A stretch of 64,000 nucleotides of DNA, taken from Deltaproteobacteria bacterium (lineage in GTDB: Bacteria > Myxococcota > Kuafuiibacteriia > Kuafuiibacteriales > Kuafuiibacteriaceae). Shown here piece after piece: positions 34,833 to 45,663 of this stretch; position 1 is the stretch's first letter, and the number at the start of each line of letters is the position of its first letter. Location: positions 224,001 to 288,000 of the forward strand of contig JAVJQW010000011.1 of the NCBI GenBank assembly GCA_040218735.1, in the 5' to 3' direction. Made by a program: the position numbers and the translations under genes. The notes beneath the pieces are model-generated. The model ran no database searches. It saw only the letters and a list, made by a program, of their open reading frames with translations, and had not been told where the DNA came from.

Positions 34833-35707
34833 TTCACCTCCGCGAGCCGCTCGCTCACGAACGTGTGCCCCATCTTCGCGAACTTCGCGGGCGGCGCGCG
34901 CTCCGGATCCTGGTCGGCCTCCACGACCCACCACCCACAGTAGTCGCGGGCTAGCCCCTCGAAGACCGGCGTGAAGTCGATGGCGCCGTCGCCGGGCACG
35001 GTGAACACGCCGTCGACGACCGCGTCGAGGAACGACGAGGACGCAGCGCGACACCGCGCGAGCGCGTCGGCGCGGACGTCCTTGAGGTGCACGTGCGCGA
35101 CGCGATCGCCCCACCGTTGCACGACCCGCGCGAGGTCACCTCCCGCGAACGTGAGGTGCCCGGTGTCGAGCAGCAGCTTCACGTGGGGCGACGACGACGA
35201 CAGGAGGCGATCGATCTCGTCCTCGGTCTCGATCACCGTCCCGGCGTGGTGGTGGTACACCAGGGTCAGGCCGCGCTCGGCGAGGTGGGCGCCGACCCTC
35301 GAGAGATCCTCCGCGAGCTTCGTGAGCGCGGCGGGGTGCATCGCGGGGCGCGAGCTCACCGACGCGCGCCGATCACCGTGCACCGCGCCGCCGACCTCGG
35401 CGACGATCATGACGTCAGCGCCGAGCGCGACGAGGAGGTTTCGGTGCGCCTCGAGGGCGGCGAGCTCGGCCTCGACGCTCCGCTCCAACAGGCGCGTCCC
35501 GTACCAGCCGGAGATCAGCGCGAGCCCGTGGTCGTCGAGCATCGAGCGGAGCCGCAACGGGTCACGCGGGAACTTGTGGCCGAGCTCGATGCCCGTGTAC
35601 CCCGCGGCTGCGGCCTCCGCGAGGCAGACCTCGACGGGGGTCTGCCCGCCGAGCTCGGGGAGATCGTCGTTGCTCCAGACGATCGGGTTGACGCCGATGC
35701 GGTTCAT
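34829..35707 (-). CDS. iolE: myo-inosose-2 dehydratase
   Basis: WSNDDLPELGG, YHHH, DTGH, HLKDVR, FTVPGDG, EADQDP. Confidence 0.95.
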   Translation of the reverse strand: MNRIGVNPIVWSNDDLPELGGQTPVEVCLAEAAAAGYTGIELGHKFPRDPLRLRSMLDDHGLALISGWYGTRLLERSVEAELAALEAHRNLLVALGADVMIVAEVGGAVHGDRRASVSSRPAMHPAALTKLAEDLSRVGAHLAERGLTLVYHHHAGTVIETEDEIDRLLSSSSPHVKLLLDTGHLTFAGGDLARVVQRWGDRVAHVHLKDVRADALARCRAASSSFLDAVVDGVFTVPGDGAIDFTPVFEGLARDYCGWWVVEADQDPERAPPAKFAKMGHTFVSERLAEVK

Positions 35708-37473
35708 CGCTGGGTCTTGGACACCGGCACGTCCCACCATGCGCCCCCCTCGGAGGTTCCACGCTCCGGATCCGTCTCGATCACCACGACGGCCGTTCGG
35801 TCCGCGGCCCGCGCGCGCTGCAGCGCCGCCGGGAGCTCATCGATCGAAGGAACGTGCTCGGCCGCCGCGCCCATCGCGCGGGCGTGCGCGGCGAAGTCCA
35901 CCCGCGGCACGTCCTCGTCGAGGAGGTTGTTGAACTTCGCGCCGCCCGTCGCTTGCTGCAGCCGGTTGATGCAGCCGAAGCCCCGGTTGTCGAGCAGCAC
36001 GATGATCAGCTTCTTCGCGAGCGCGACGCTCGTGACGATCTCCGCGTTGAGCATCAGGTAGCTCCCGTCGCCGACCATCACCACGACCTCGCGCTCCGGC
36101 CTCGCCATCTTCACGCCGAGACCGCCCGCGATCTCGTAGCCCATACACGAGTAGCCATACTCGACGTGGTAGCTACCGGGTTCCGTCGCTCGCCAGAGTT
36201 TGTGTAGCTCGCCGGGGAGGCCCCCCGCGGCGCACACGACCGTCGTCGCCTGCGTCGCAAACGTGTTCACCGCGCCGAGGACCTGCGCGTCGGTCGGCAC
36301 GCCTTCGGACGGCGCCGTCACCCGCTCCACCGCCGCCTCCCACGCGCGCGATCCGGCGGCGAGGCGCTCCTGCCACTTCGACGAAGCGCTCCACCCCTCG
36401 AGACCGTCGGCGAGCATCGCCAGGCCGACGTCCGCGTCCGCGACGAGCGGGTGCGTCCGGTGTTTGACGGCGTCGAACGCCGCGACGTTGAGCCCGACGC
36501 GGACGAGGTCATCGCGCGTGAACAACGTCCGCGACGCACTCGTGAAGTCCGACAGGCGCGTCCCGACGAACAGCACCAGGTCGGCCTTCGCCGCGAGGTC
36601 GTTCGCGACCGCCGTCCCGGTGACACCGATGCCGCCGACGGCGAGCGGGTGATCGTCCGGGATCGCGCCCTTCCCGGCCTGGGTCACGGCGACCGGCACG
36701 CCGAAGCGCTCCGCGAACTCCACGAGCCGCGCCGTCGCGCCCGCGTAGAGGACGCCGCCCCCCGCGACGATCAGCGGGCACGCGCTCGCGCCGATCTTCC
36801 CGATCGCCTCGGCGAGCTCCCAGTCGTCCGGCGCCGGACGACGGAGGCGCCAGGTCCTCCGCCACAGGAACGACGCGGGCATCTCGACCGCCTCCACCTG
36901 GACGTCCTGCGGGAGCGCGAGCGTCGCGGGCCCGCAGCGCACCGGGTCCATGAGGGTCTCCATCGCCGCCGGGAGCGCCGCGAGGATCTGCTCGGGGCGC
37001 GTGATCCGATCGAAGTACCGCGACACCGGCGCGAGGCAGTCGTTCGCCGTCACGCCGGGCGCGCCGAAGTCCTCGATCTGCTGCAGCACCGGATCCGGCG
37101 CGCGCGTCGCGAAGACGTCGCCGGGGAGCAGCAGCACCGGGAGCCGGTTGGCGTGGGCGGTCGCCGCCGCGGTGACGAGGTTGGTGGCGCCCGGCCCGAT
37201 CGACGTCGTCGTCGCCATCATGCGCCGCCGAAAGGTCGCCTTCGCAAACGCCACGGCCGCGTGGGTCATCGACTGTTCGTTGTGGCCACGGAACGTCGGG
37301 AGCTGATCGCGCTTCGTCGCGAGCGCCTGGCCGATCCCCGCGACGTTGCCGTGCCCGAAGATCGCGAACACCCCGCCGAACGCCGGCGCGACCGTCCCGT
37401 CGAGCTGCTCGCTGTCCTGCGCAGCGAGGTACGCGACGATCGCCTCCGCGACCGTCATCTTCACGGAGACCAT
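35704..37473 (-). CDS. iolD: 3D-(3,5/4)-trihydroxycyclohexane-1,2-dione acylhydrolase (TPP-dependent)
   Basis: IFGHGNVAG, HNEQSM, PDPVLQQIE, YGYSCMGYEIAG, GDGSYLM, WWDVP. Confidence 0.97.
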   Translation of the reverse strand: MVSVKMTVAEAIVAYLAAQDSEQLDGTVAPAFGGVFAIFGHGNVAGIGQALATKRDQLPTFRGHNEQSMTHAAVAFAKATFRRRMMATTTSIGPGATNLVTAAATAHANRLPVLLLPGDVFATRAPDPVLQQIEDFGAPGVTANDCLAPVSRYFDRITRPEQILAALPAAMETLMDPVRCGPATLALPQDVQVEAVEMPASFLWRRTWRLRRPAPDDWELAEAIGKIGASACPLIVAGGGVLYAGATARLVEFAERFGVPVAVTQAGKGAIPDDHPLAVGGIGVTGTAVANDLAAKADLVLFVGTRLSDFTSASRTLFTRDDLVRVGLNVAAFDAVKHRTHPLVADADVGLAMLADGLEGWSASSKWQERLAAGSRAWEAAVERVTAPSEGVPTDAQVLGAVNTFATQATTVVCAAGGLPGELHKLWRATEPGSYHVEYGYSCMGYEIAGGLGVKMARPEREVVVMVGDGSYLMLNAEIVTSVALAKKLIIVLLDNRGFGCINRLQQATGGAKFNNLLDEDVPRVDFAAHARAMGAAAEHVPSIDELPAALQRARAADRTAVVVIETDPERGTSEGGAWWDVPVSKTQR

Positions 37474-39335
37474 GCCCCACTCCCTTCGTACCGCCGCACG
37501 AGATCCACGAACCGCGACTCGACCTCGGCGACGAGCGTCGCGTCGTCGATCGCGCCCTCCAGCCAGCGCTTCGCCGCGGCGAAGAAGATCGTGCGCCCGA
37601 CCGCGAAGCCCCGACACCGCCGCGAACGACGCCCCGTCGCCATCGCGCGACCGAGCGCCTCGGGCGGACGGTCGAAGCCCAACATCATCACGCCCTGACA
37701 GTGCGGATCGAAGCGATCGATCACCGCCTCCACCTCCGTCCACCACCCGGCGTCGTCCGGCGCGGCGAGCTTCCACAGCTCGGGCCGCACGCCGAGCTCG
37801 TAGAGGCGCGTCATCGCCGCGGGCGCGGCCGATTCATGCAATTCACCGTCGTCGTCGAGCGGGAGGATCTCGAGCATCAGCGCGCGGTCCAACGACGCAC
37901 ACGCGCTCGCGAGGCGAACGATCTGTTCGTCCTGCCGTGCGCGTTTCTCGCTCGGCCCGAGGGTGTCCCGGACGAGGCACTTCACCACGTGGTGACGCGA
38001 CCACCGACGCAGCTCCAGCTCCACGTTCGGCGCACCGACGAACGCGAGCTCGGGGCCCGGCGCCTCGATCGGCCGCGCGAGCCAACACCTCCCGGTGAAG
38101 CGGTCGAGGACCTCCCGACCGAAGCGCCCGTCGACGATCATGCCGTCGGCCTCCCCCGCCGTCGCCGCCTCCGCGATCAACACCTTGAGGCGCTCGAGCT
38201 TCTGGGCGTCGGACGTGAGCGCGGCGAGCTGTGTGCGGTGGTCGAAGGCGAGCACACAGAGCGACTGGGGCATCGACCTGCGCGTCGTCGTCCGGTGGAG
38301 CACGGCGATGCGCTCGTCCCGATCGATCCGCGGGACTTCAGCCGCGCGCGCGAGGTAGTCCTCGAGCTCCTCGGCGGTGGGCATCGCCGGAGCACACGCA
38401 TGGCGCGACACCACGAGCGCCCCCGCCGCGTTCGCGCGACGACAACATTCGGCGATCGGCGCTCGTTTCGCCCAGCCGGAGAGGAACCCGGCGAGGAACG
38501 CGTCCCCCGCGCCGAGCACGTTGAGGACCTCGACCTCGGCGCCGGTCGAAACGAATCCGTCCTCCACGCTGTCGCCGATTGCCCCCTCGTAGACCACACA
38601 CCCGAGGGGCCCGCGCTTCATCACGATCGTCGCGTCCGACACGGCGCGAATCGAACGCAGCGCCGCGAGCGGCTCGGTGTGCCCGCCCGCGATCTGGATC
38701 TCCTCTTCCGTGCCGACGATCAGATCGCAGTCCGGCAACACCGTCATCAGGTGCTCCGTGACACGCCCGCTCTCGACGTAGCGCTCCTCGCCGAGGCCGT
38801 GCCCGGTGAGGCCCCAGAGCACGGGCCGGTAGTCGACGTCGAGGACCACGCGCACCCCGGCTGCCTTTGCGGCGCGGATGGCCTTTCGGCACGCGGCGTC
38901 GACCTTCGGCGTCGACAGGTGCGTCCCGGTCAGGTGGAGCACGCCGACCTTCGCGACGAAGGCGGGGTCGACGTCGTCCTCGCACAGCGCCATGTCGGCG
39001 CAGTCGGTGCGGTAGAAGATCAGCGGGAAGGTGTCCTTGTCGCGGATCGACAGCAGCACCAACGCGGTGAGGCGCTCCGGATCCGTCACCACCTGCGAGA
39101 CGTCGACGCCCTCGCGCGCGAGGGTCTGCCGCACGAAGCGGCCCATGTGCTCGTCGCCGACGCGCGTCAGCATCGCGACCTTCAGCCCGAGCCGCGACGC
39201 ACCCACCGCGACGTTCGCGGGTGAGCCGCCGAGCGACTTCTCGAACGACTGGACGTCCTCCAAGGGCGTGCCGATCTCCGCGCCGTACAGGTCGACGGCG
39301 GCGCGCCCGACGGAGAGCAGATCGATCTCACTCAC
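37461..39335 (-). CDS. iolC: 5-dehydro-2-deoxygluconokinase with C-terminal DUF2090 (aldolase-like) domain
   Basis: GGSPANVA, DYRPVLW, GAGDAF, then AFDHR, VKCL, WKL and GFAVGRTIF. Confidence 0.95.
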   Translation of the reverse strand: MSEIDLLSVGRAAVDLYGAEIGTPLEDVQSFEKSLGGSPANVAVGASRLGLKVAMLTRVGDEHMGRFVRQTLAREGVDVSQVVTDPERLTALVLLSIRDKDTFPLIFYRTDCADMALCEDDVDPAFVAKVGVLHLTGTHLSTPKVDAACRKAIRAAKAAGVRVVLDVDYRPVLWGLTGHGLGEERYVESGRVTEHLMTVLPDCDLIVGTEEEIQIAGGHTEPLAALRSIRAVSDATIVMKRGPLGCVVYEGAIGDSVEDGFVSTGAEVEVLNVLGAGDAFLAGFLSGWAKRAPIAECCRRANAAGALVVSRHACAPAMPTAEELEDYLARAAEVPRIDRDERIAVLHRTTTRRSMPQSLCVLAFDHRTQLAALTSDAQKLERLKVLIAEAATAGEADGMIVDGRFGREVLDRFTGRCWLARPIEAPGPELAFVGAPNVELELRRWSRHHVVKCLVRDTLGPSEKRARQDEQIVRLASACASLDRALMLEILPLDDDGELHESAAPAAMTRLYELGVRPELWKLAAPDDAGWWTEVEAVIDRFDPHCQGVMMLGFDRPPEALGRAMATGRRSRRCRGFAVGRTIFFAAAKRWLEGAIDDATLVAEVESRFVDLVRRYEGSGAWSP

Positions 39336-40128
39336 CCGAGGGCCACCACCCGTCGGCGCCGGGTTTCATCGTCCAGGTGTGCGCTTCCGTGAAGTCCGGG
39401 ACGTCGTAGCGGCGCTCCGGCAGGTGCCGAATCACCCACGCGTAGTACATCCCGTACCCCGGCGCGGCGCACTGCGAGTGATCGAGGCCGCCCTGGATCT
39501 TGATCGTGTCGTTCGGGCGGACCTTCTTCACGTCCTCGCCCAGCTCCGCGTGCCCGTAGCCGCGCGGGTCGGTGAAGCGGTAGTGATAGATCTCGTTCTG
39601 CGGGTGGTGGTGCGGCGGGTAACTCGACCAGCGCCCCGGGAGGTTCACGACCTCGCCGAGCACGAGCTGCGCGTTCTTCGAGGTGTTCGTGTCGTCGAAG
39701 ATCGTGCGCACGAACCGAAACGATGCATCGCGCAGCGCACCCTTGCCGCGACGTTCGTTGCGGACGTCGTCCGGACCGTAGAGCACCGGGTCGAAGCGCT
39801 CGCGGTTCGCCGCGCCGTACTCGGTGACCTCGACGTCCGTCTCACACACGAAGACCACCGCTTCGCCGGCCGCGACGTGCAGCGCCCAGGGGAGCTCGTC
39901 GAAGAGTGAGTCGCGGGAGATCGTGTGGGTGTCCCCGCCGAACGTCACGCGCAAGCGACCTTGCATCAGCAACCACGCGGTCTCTTGCTCCGTGGTCAGC
40001 TCGACGCGCTCGCCCGCGGCCCAGCGGACCACGGCGAAGTCCATGCCGCTGTCGTCGTCACCCGCCGAGACGACGGTAGTGCGTCCCGGCCCGAATCCGT
40101 CCCGGTGCGAGGTGATGTGCGCGCCCAT
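39328..40128 (-). CDS. iolB: 5-deoxy-glucuronate isomerase
   Basis: PGRWSSYPPHHH, EIYHYRF, APGYGMYY. First gene of the iol operon. Confidence 0.92.
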   Translation of the reverse strand: MGAHITSHRDGFGPGRTTVVSAGDDDSGMDFAVVRWAAGERVELTTEQETAWLLMQGRLRVTFGGDTHTISRDSLFDELPWALHVAAGEAVVFVCETDVEVTEYGAANRERFDPVLYGPDDVRNERRGKGALRDASFRFVRTIFDDTNTSKNAQLVLGEVVNLPGRWSSYPPHHHPQNEIYHYRFTDPRGYGHAELGEDVKKVRPNDTIKIQGGLDHSQCAAPGYGMYYAWVIRHLPERRYDVPDFTEAHTWTMKPGADGWWPSGE

Positions 40129-40222
40129 GAGGGGGTGGATACCACCGAAGCCTCGAACGCGACCAGCGTAGGTGGGGCCACGAAGAGGCGGCCCGGCGCG
40201 GACCGTGCTTCAATGCGCGGCC

Positions 40223-41152
<930 letters not shown>

Positions 41153-41757
41153 CCGGCGTAGTACAGCGGTAGTCCGAAGACCTTGTTCGTGAAGCCGGAC
41201 ACCACGAACCGCTCGCGCGCGACGAACAGATCCGACAGGTAGAACAGCAGCGCGCCGCCGAAGATCGGCCAGGTGTCGGTTTGGTAGGACGTCGCGATCG
41301 CGGCGGCGAGCATCCAGGAGATCGTCGCGATGTACGCGAGCACGGGGACGCGCATCTTCGACTTCACGTGCGGACCGAGCCAGCGCCACACCACGGATGC
41401 GACGCCGAACAACGCGGCGACGAGCAAACCGACGTGGCGGTGGTTCACGCCGCGCGTCGTGAACGCGACGCCGTACATCACGTGCGCGATCAGGAACGCG
41501 ACGAGCCCGCAGAGGAACCAGTGCTTCGCCTTGGAGAGGAGGAAGGCGTCCCCGACCAGCGACAGCACGAGCCCCGCGAACACCAACGTGCCGTGTAGCG
41601 TGGAGAACGCGTCGTTGACGTAACCGAAGATGCAGAACGCGATCGACGCCGCGGTCTTTGCGACCGCCTTCAGCGTTCGGTTGTGTGTCCTCTCCGCGAA
41701 CAAGAGCGCCGCGACGAAGACGACACAGACGACGGCCCAAACCACGGGCGGAGGCTA

Positions 41758-42276
41758 CTACCGCGCGACGGCGGACCGCCACTTGGATCGAACGAGCGGC
41801 CACACCGCGTAGACGATCAGCGGTGACAAGAGCAGGACTTCGGTGAGCGCGACCGTCAAACCGCGCCCGGAGAGGAAGCGGTGCCCGATCGGCGCGACGG
41901 GGAGCGGTCGCCACGGGAAGAAGAAACGCTCGCTCGACAGCGGCCACAGGAGCGCGACGCCGAGCCCGCCGTCCGTGAACGCGTCGAGGACCGCGTGACT
42001 CGCCGTGACGAGACCCGCGGCGACCGCAAGCCGATGGCGCCCACTCCACGCCCACGTGATGCAGCCCACGATGATCGCAAACGCGAAGGAGTGGGTTGCG
42101 CCGCGGTGTCCGAAGTCGTGCGCGTAGGGGATGCCGAACGCAAACGCCACAACGTCGAGATCCGGCAAGAAAGACAGCGCCGTCAGGAAGAGGAACGTCC
42201 GCCCGACACGTTGATCAGGAGGACCGTACAGACGGGTCGCGGCCGCGGAGGCGACCAGGTGTCCGATGCTCGCCAT
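41758..42276 (-). CDS. YdjM-family metal-dependent membrane hydrolase
   Basis: GH, LPDLD, HRGATHS, SHAVLD, LLWP, RFFFPW. Confidence 0.9.
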   Translation of the reverse strand: MASIGHLVASAAATRLYGPPDQRVGRTFLFLTALSFLPDLDVVAFAFGIPYAHDFGHRGATHSFAFAIIVGCITWAWSGRHRLAVAAGLVTASHAVLDAFTDGGLGVALLWPLSSERFFFPWRPLPVAPIGHRFLSGRGLTVALTEVLLLSPLIVYAVWPLVRSKWRSAVAR

Positions 42277-42376
42277 GTTCACCTACGACAACGCCCTACG
42301 TCGGCTCCAGCGTTCCGTAGGGACGTTCTGGTACGCTTTTCGTCAAGTCACTGCTCGACGATCCGAAGGAGGTAAC

Positions 42377-42952
42377 ATGCGGCGACGCGCCGGAATCGTT
42401 CTCGCGCTCTGGGTGCTCACTACGGGTGATGCGCTCGCCTCCGATCCCGCCCCCTCCCTCGCGAAGCTCGCGGTCGACAAACCGAAGGGCTTCGTCGAGA
42501 TGTACGTCGCCGCCGTGATCACCACGGACGGAGGGCCGGCGGTCGTGCTGCAGGACGCCGACAAACGACGCCTCCTCCCGATCTGGGTGGGCATGAACGA
42601 AGCGCACGCGATCCAGCTGCGCCTCGAGAACAAGAAGTTCGTTCGACCGTTGACCCACGATCTCCTCGACGCGGTCCTCGCGCGACTCGGCGGCGAGCTC
42701 GTCAAGATCCACGTCTCCGATCTGAAGGGCGACACCTTCATCGGGACGATCTTCGTGCAGACCGGCGGCAAGGTCGTCGACCTCGACGCGCGGCCCTCGG
42801 ATTCGATCGCCCTCGCGCTCGGCAACCACGCACCGATCTTCGTCGCCGAAGATCTGCTGGTCGAGATGGAGCGGGACGAGGCGGAGCCGGAGGACGAGAT
42901 CGTCCCGGAGTACAGCGTCGAGCACCCGCCCGACGGCATCGCGACGATGTAG
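42377..42952 (+). CDS. Bifunctional nuclease (DUF151) domain protein with an N-terminal signal-like sequence
   Basis: LPIWVG..EA, RPLTHDL, DARPSDSIALA. AGGAGG SD precedes the ATG. Confidence 0.88.
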   Translation: MRRRAGIVLALWVLTTGDALASDPAPSLAKLAVDKPKGFVEMYVAAVITTDGGPAVVLQDADKRRLLPIWVGMNEAHAIQLRLENKKFVRPLTHDLLDAVLARLGGELVKIHVSDLKGDTFIGTIFVQTGGKVVDLDARPSDSIALALGNHAPIFVAEDLLVEMERDEAEPEDEIVPEYSVEHPPDGIATM

Positions 42953-43069
42953 CGGGTGCACTCGGGCGCCGACTCGCACCTCGACCGGTGCGACGCGTCC
43001 GCAGGTGCACACGATTCGCCGCGCCCCGGCGGCCGAAGAGCCGGCACGTCGATTGCTCCTGCGTCCCCC

Positions 43070-43873
43070 ATGATCAACGCCATCACCGCGGGGAGCGCCA
43101 TCGCGTTCGAAGACAACCTCTACGAAGCGCCCGCCGCGCAGCCCGAACCCGTCGCCGTCGACACCTTCCAGATGAACGCACCCGTCGCGGCCCCCGCGAC
43201 GCTGCAGCCCGACCCGCAGGACGAGATCGACGGCCTCATCTCGGCGATCGAGACCGAGTTCCCCAACGTGGAGGTCGACCCCGGCGGGAGCTGGCGAACC
43301 AACGGCCCCGACGAGTGGACCGCGGACGAGCTCCGCGCCCTGCAGACCGCGCTCCACTACGTGCGCGACGCCGTGGGTGACCAGGACACGTTCGAAGCGA
43401 TGTTCCCCACGCTCGAGTTCGAGCGCCACGACGAGGGCCCGCACGCGACCGGCGCCGGCGTCGTCAACCCGTGGCAGAGCGGCGTCGTCCACCTCAGCGA
43501 GATGAGCGAGAGCGGCGACGCGGCCGGGTTCGTCTCCACGATCATCCACGAGATGGGGCACGTCCTGCACTTCGAGAACACCGGGCTCGGCGACTTCCTG
43601 AGCGAGACCGGGAGCACGTGCGGCGTCGAGGTGCTCGGCGGCGTCCTCCCGACGTTCCTCATCGGCGGCGGCTGCGCGGGCGACTACTTCGCGGGCGGCA
43701 CCACGACCTCCTACGGCGAGACCGCGCCCGCCGAGGACTTCGCGGACTCGTTCAACTACTGGGTCTACACGACGGTCGGCCAGCCCGCCGACTACAACTA
43801 CCGAAAGACCCCGGTCGACCAGACGCGCCTCGACTACATGGCGGACGTGGTCGACGACCACGACGGCGACTGA
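43070..43873 (+). CDS. Acidic zincin-type metalloprotease
   Basis: IIHEMGH plus SYG....EDFAD carrying a third ligand. Confidence 0.75.
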   Translation: MINAITAGSAIAFEDNLYEAPAAQPEPVAVDTFQMNAPVAAPATLQPDPQDEIDGLISAIETEFPNVEVDPGGSWRTNGPDEWTADELRALQTALHYVRDAVGDQDTFEAMFPTLEFERHDEGPHATGAGVVNPWQSGVVHLSEMSESGDAAGFVSTIIHEMGHVLHFENTGLGDFLSETGSTCGVEVLGGVLPTFLIGGGCAGDYFAGGTTTSYGETAPAEDFADSFNYWVYTTVGQPADYNYRKTPVDQTRLDYMADVVDDHDGD

Positions 43874-43874
43874 A

Positions 43875-44294
43875 TCACTCCGCGGGGGCGGCGCGCAGCT
43901 CGCGGGCGCGCGGGCTGAGCATCGACTCCGGGACGGCCCACGCTTCGATCTGCTCCAAGCCGTCGTACCCCTGCGCGATCGCCTCGAGCATCAGCTCCGT
44001 CGCCTTGGCCTTCTTCAGCATGGACTCGACCGGGTCGTCGGCCTTCAGCTCCGCCTCCGCGGCGAGGAGGCTCGCGACCGCCGCGACCCGCTCCTTGCTC
44101 GCGAGGATCGAGGCCATGGTGCGCGCGTCGGTGTGGTCGAGGAGCGCGCGGTGCTCGGCGAGGACGTCGTCGTAGAGCCCGCCGAGCGCCTGCAGCGCCA
44201 TCGTCGTGTCGCCCTCGCGATGTTTGCGGAGGACGGCGGCGATGCCGTCGAGCATCCGCTTCAGCTCCCGCATCAGGAAGTCACGCTGGAACAC
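43875..44294 (-). CDS. Hypothetical helical protein (DUF6483-like)
   Basis: N-terminal MFQRDFLMREL pattern, all-helical composition. Confidence 0.6.
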   Translation of the reverse strand: MFQRDFLMRELKRMLDGIAAVLRKHREGDTTMALQALGGLYDDVLAEHRALLDHTDARTMASILASKERVAAVASLLAAEAELKADDPVESMLKKAKATELMLEAIAQGYDGLEQIEAWAVPESMLSPRARELRAAPAE

Positions 44295-44343
44295 GGCGGC
44301 CCTCCGAGATTTTGGCTTGGACTTCGTCGGCCGCTCTGGCTGT

Positions 44344-45663
44344 ATGGCCGGCGCGTTGAGCTACTACGTGCACACCTTCGGCTGCCGGGTGAACCAGGCC
44401 GACTCCGCGGGCATCGCGGCCGAGCTCGAGAAGAAGGACCTCGAGCGGACGTCCTCGCACACCGACGCGAAGATCGTCGTCCTCAACACCTGCACGGTCA
44501 CACATCGCTCGGATGCTGACGTACGCAAGGCGGTCCGCCGGGTCAAACGCGAGAACCCGGGCGCGAAGGTCATCGTCACGGGGTGTTACGCGCAGCGCGA
44601 GCCGGAGGCGTTGGTTCAACTCGGCGGCGTGAGCGCCGTCGTGGGCAACGCTCACAAACACGACCTCCCCGGCGTGGTCGACCGCGTCCTCGCCGAAGAC
44701 GACGCGACGCTCGTCGTGCACTCCCCGATCGACGGCGTGGACCCGGCCGAGCTTCCGCCGGTCGACACCGTGACGACGGTGCTCGATCGCACGCGCCCGT
44801 TCGTGAAGATCCAGGACGGCTGCGACGCCGCCTGCACCTACTGCATCATCCCCGCCGTCCGCGGCCGCGCGCGCAGCGCCCCACCGGAGCAGATCGTCGA
44901 CGCCGTGAAGAAGCTCGTCGACGACGGCTACGTGGAGGTCGTCCTCGCCGGCGTGCACCTCGGCACCTACGGCGCCGCGCTCGAGTCACCCGCCACGCTC
45001 GTGGAGCTCGTGGAGCGCGTGCTGGAGATCGAGGAGCTGCAGCGCCTGCGGATGTCGTGCATCGAGCCGATGGCGTTCCCGGTCGAGCTCGCCGCGATCG
45101 CCGCGCGCGACGCACGCCTCGCGCCGCACTTCCACCTCCCGCTGCAGTCGGGCTCGGACGCGGTGTTGAAGCGGATGGTGCGGCCGTACCGCGCCGTCGA
45201 GTTCCAGGCGATCCTCGACGCCATCCGCGCCGAGGTTCCGCACGCGTGCATCGGCACGGACGTGATCGTCGGCTTCCCCGGCGAGACCGACGCGCAGTTC
45301 GAAGAGACGCTCCGCTTCGTCGAAGCCTCCGGCCTCGACTACGTGCACGTGTTCTCCTACTCGGACCGCAGCGGCACCCCCTCCACCCGCCTCGGCCCGA
45401 AGGTCGATCCGCGCATCATCAAGGCACGCGCCGCCGCGCTCAACGCGCTCGGCTTGGACGCGTGGCGCCGCTTCCTCGACCGTCAGATCGGCGCGACGCT
45501 CAGCGCGGTCACGTTGGAGCGCAACGGCGGCCAGCTCGAGGCGCTCGCGGACAACTACAGCCCGGTGCGCCTCGACGACGACGTCCCGTCGAACCGACTC
45601 GTGAATGTCGAGGTACTCGCGCGCGTCGGCGACAAACTCACGGGGCGGCTCGCGCGCGCCTGA
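44344..45663 (+). CDS. mtaB: tRNA t6A37 methylthiotransferase (radical SAM)
   Basis: TFGCRVN, NTCTVT, VTGCYAQ, KIQDGCDAACTYC, HFHLPLQSG, DVIVGFPGE, HVFSYS. Confidence 0.92.
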   Translation: MAGALSYYVHTFGCRVNQADSAGIAAELEKKDLERTSSHTDAKIVVLNTCTVTHRSDADVRKAVRRVKRENPGAKVIVTGCYAQREPEALVQLGGVSAVVGNAHKHDLPGVVDRVLAEDDATLVVHSPIDGVDPAELPPVDTVTTVLDRTRPFVKIQDGCDAACTYCIIPAVRGRARSAPPEQIVDAVKKLVDDGYVEVVLAGVHLGTYGAALESPATLVELVERVLEIEELQRLRMSCIEPMAFPVELAAIAARDARLAPHFHLPLQSGSDAVLKRMVRPYRAVEFQAILDAIRAEVPHACIGTDVIVGFPGETDAQFEETLRFVEASGLDYVHVFSYSDRSGTPSTRLGPKVDPRIIKARAAALNALGLDAWRRFLDRQIGATLSAVTLERNGGQLEALADNYSPVRLDDDVPSNRLVNVEVLARVGDKLTGRLARA

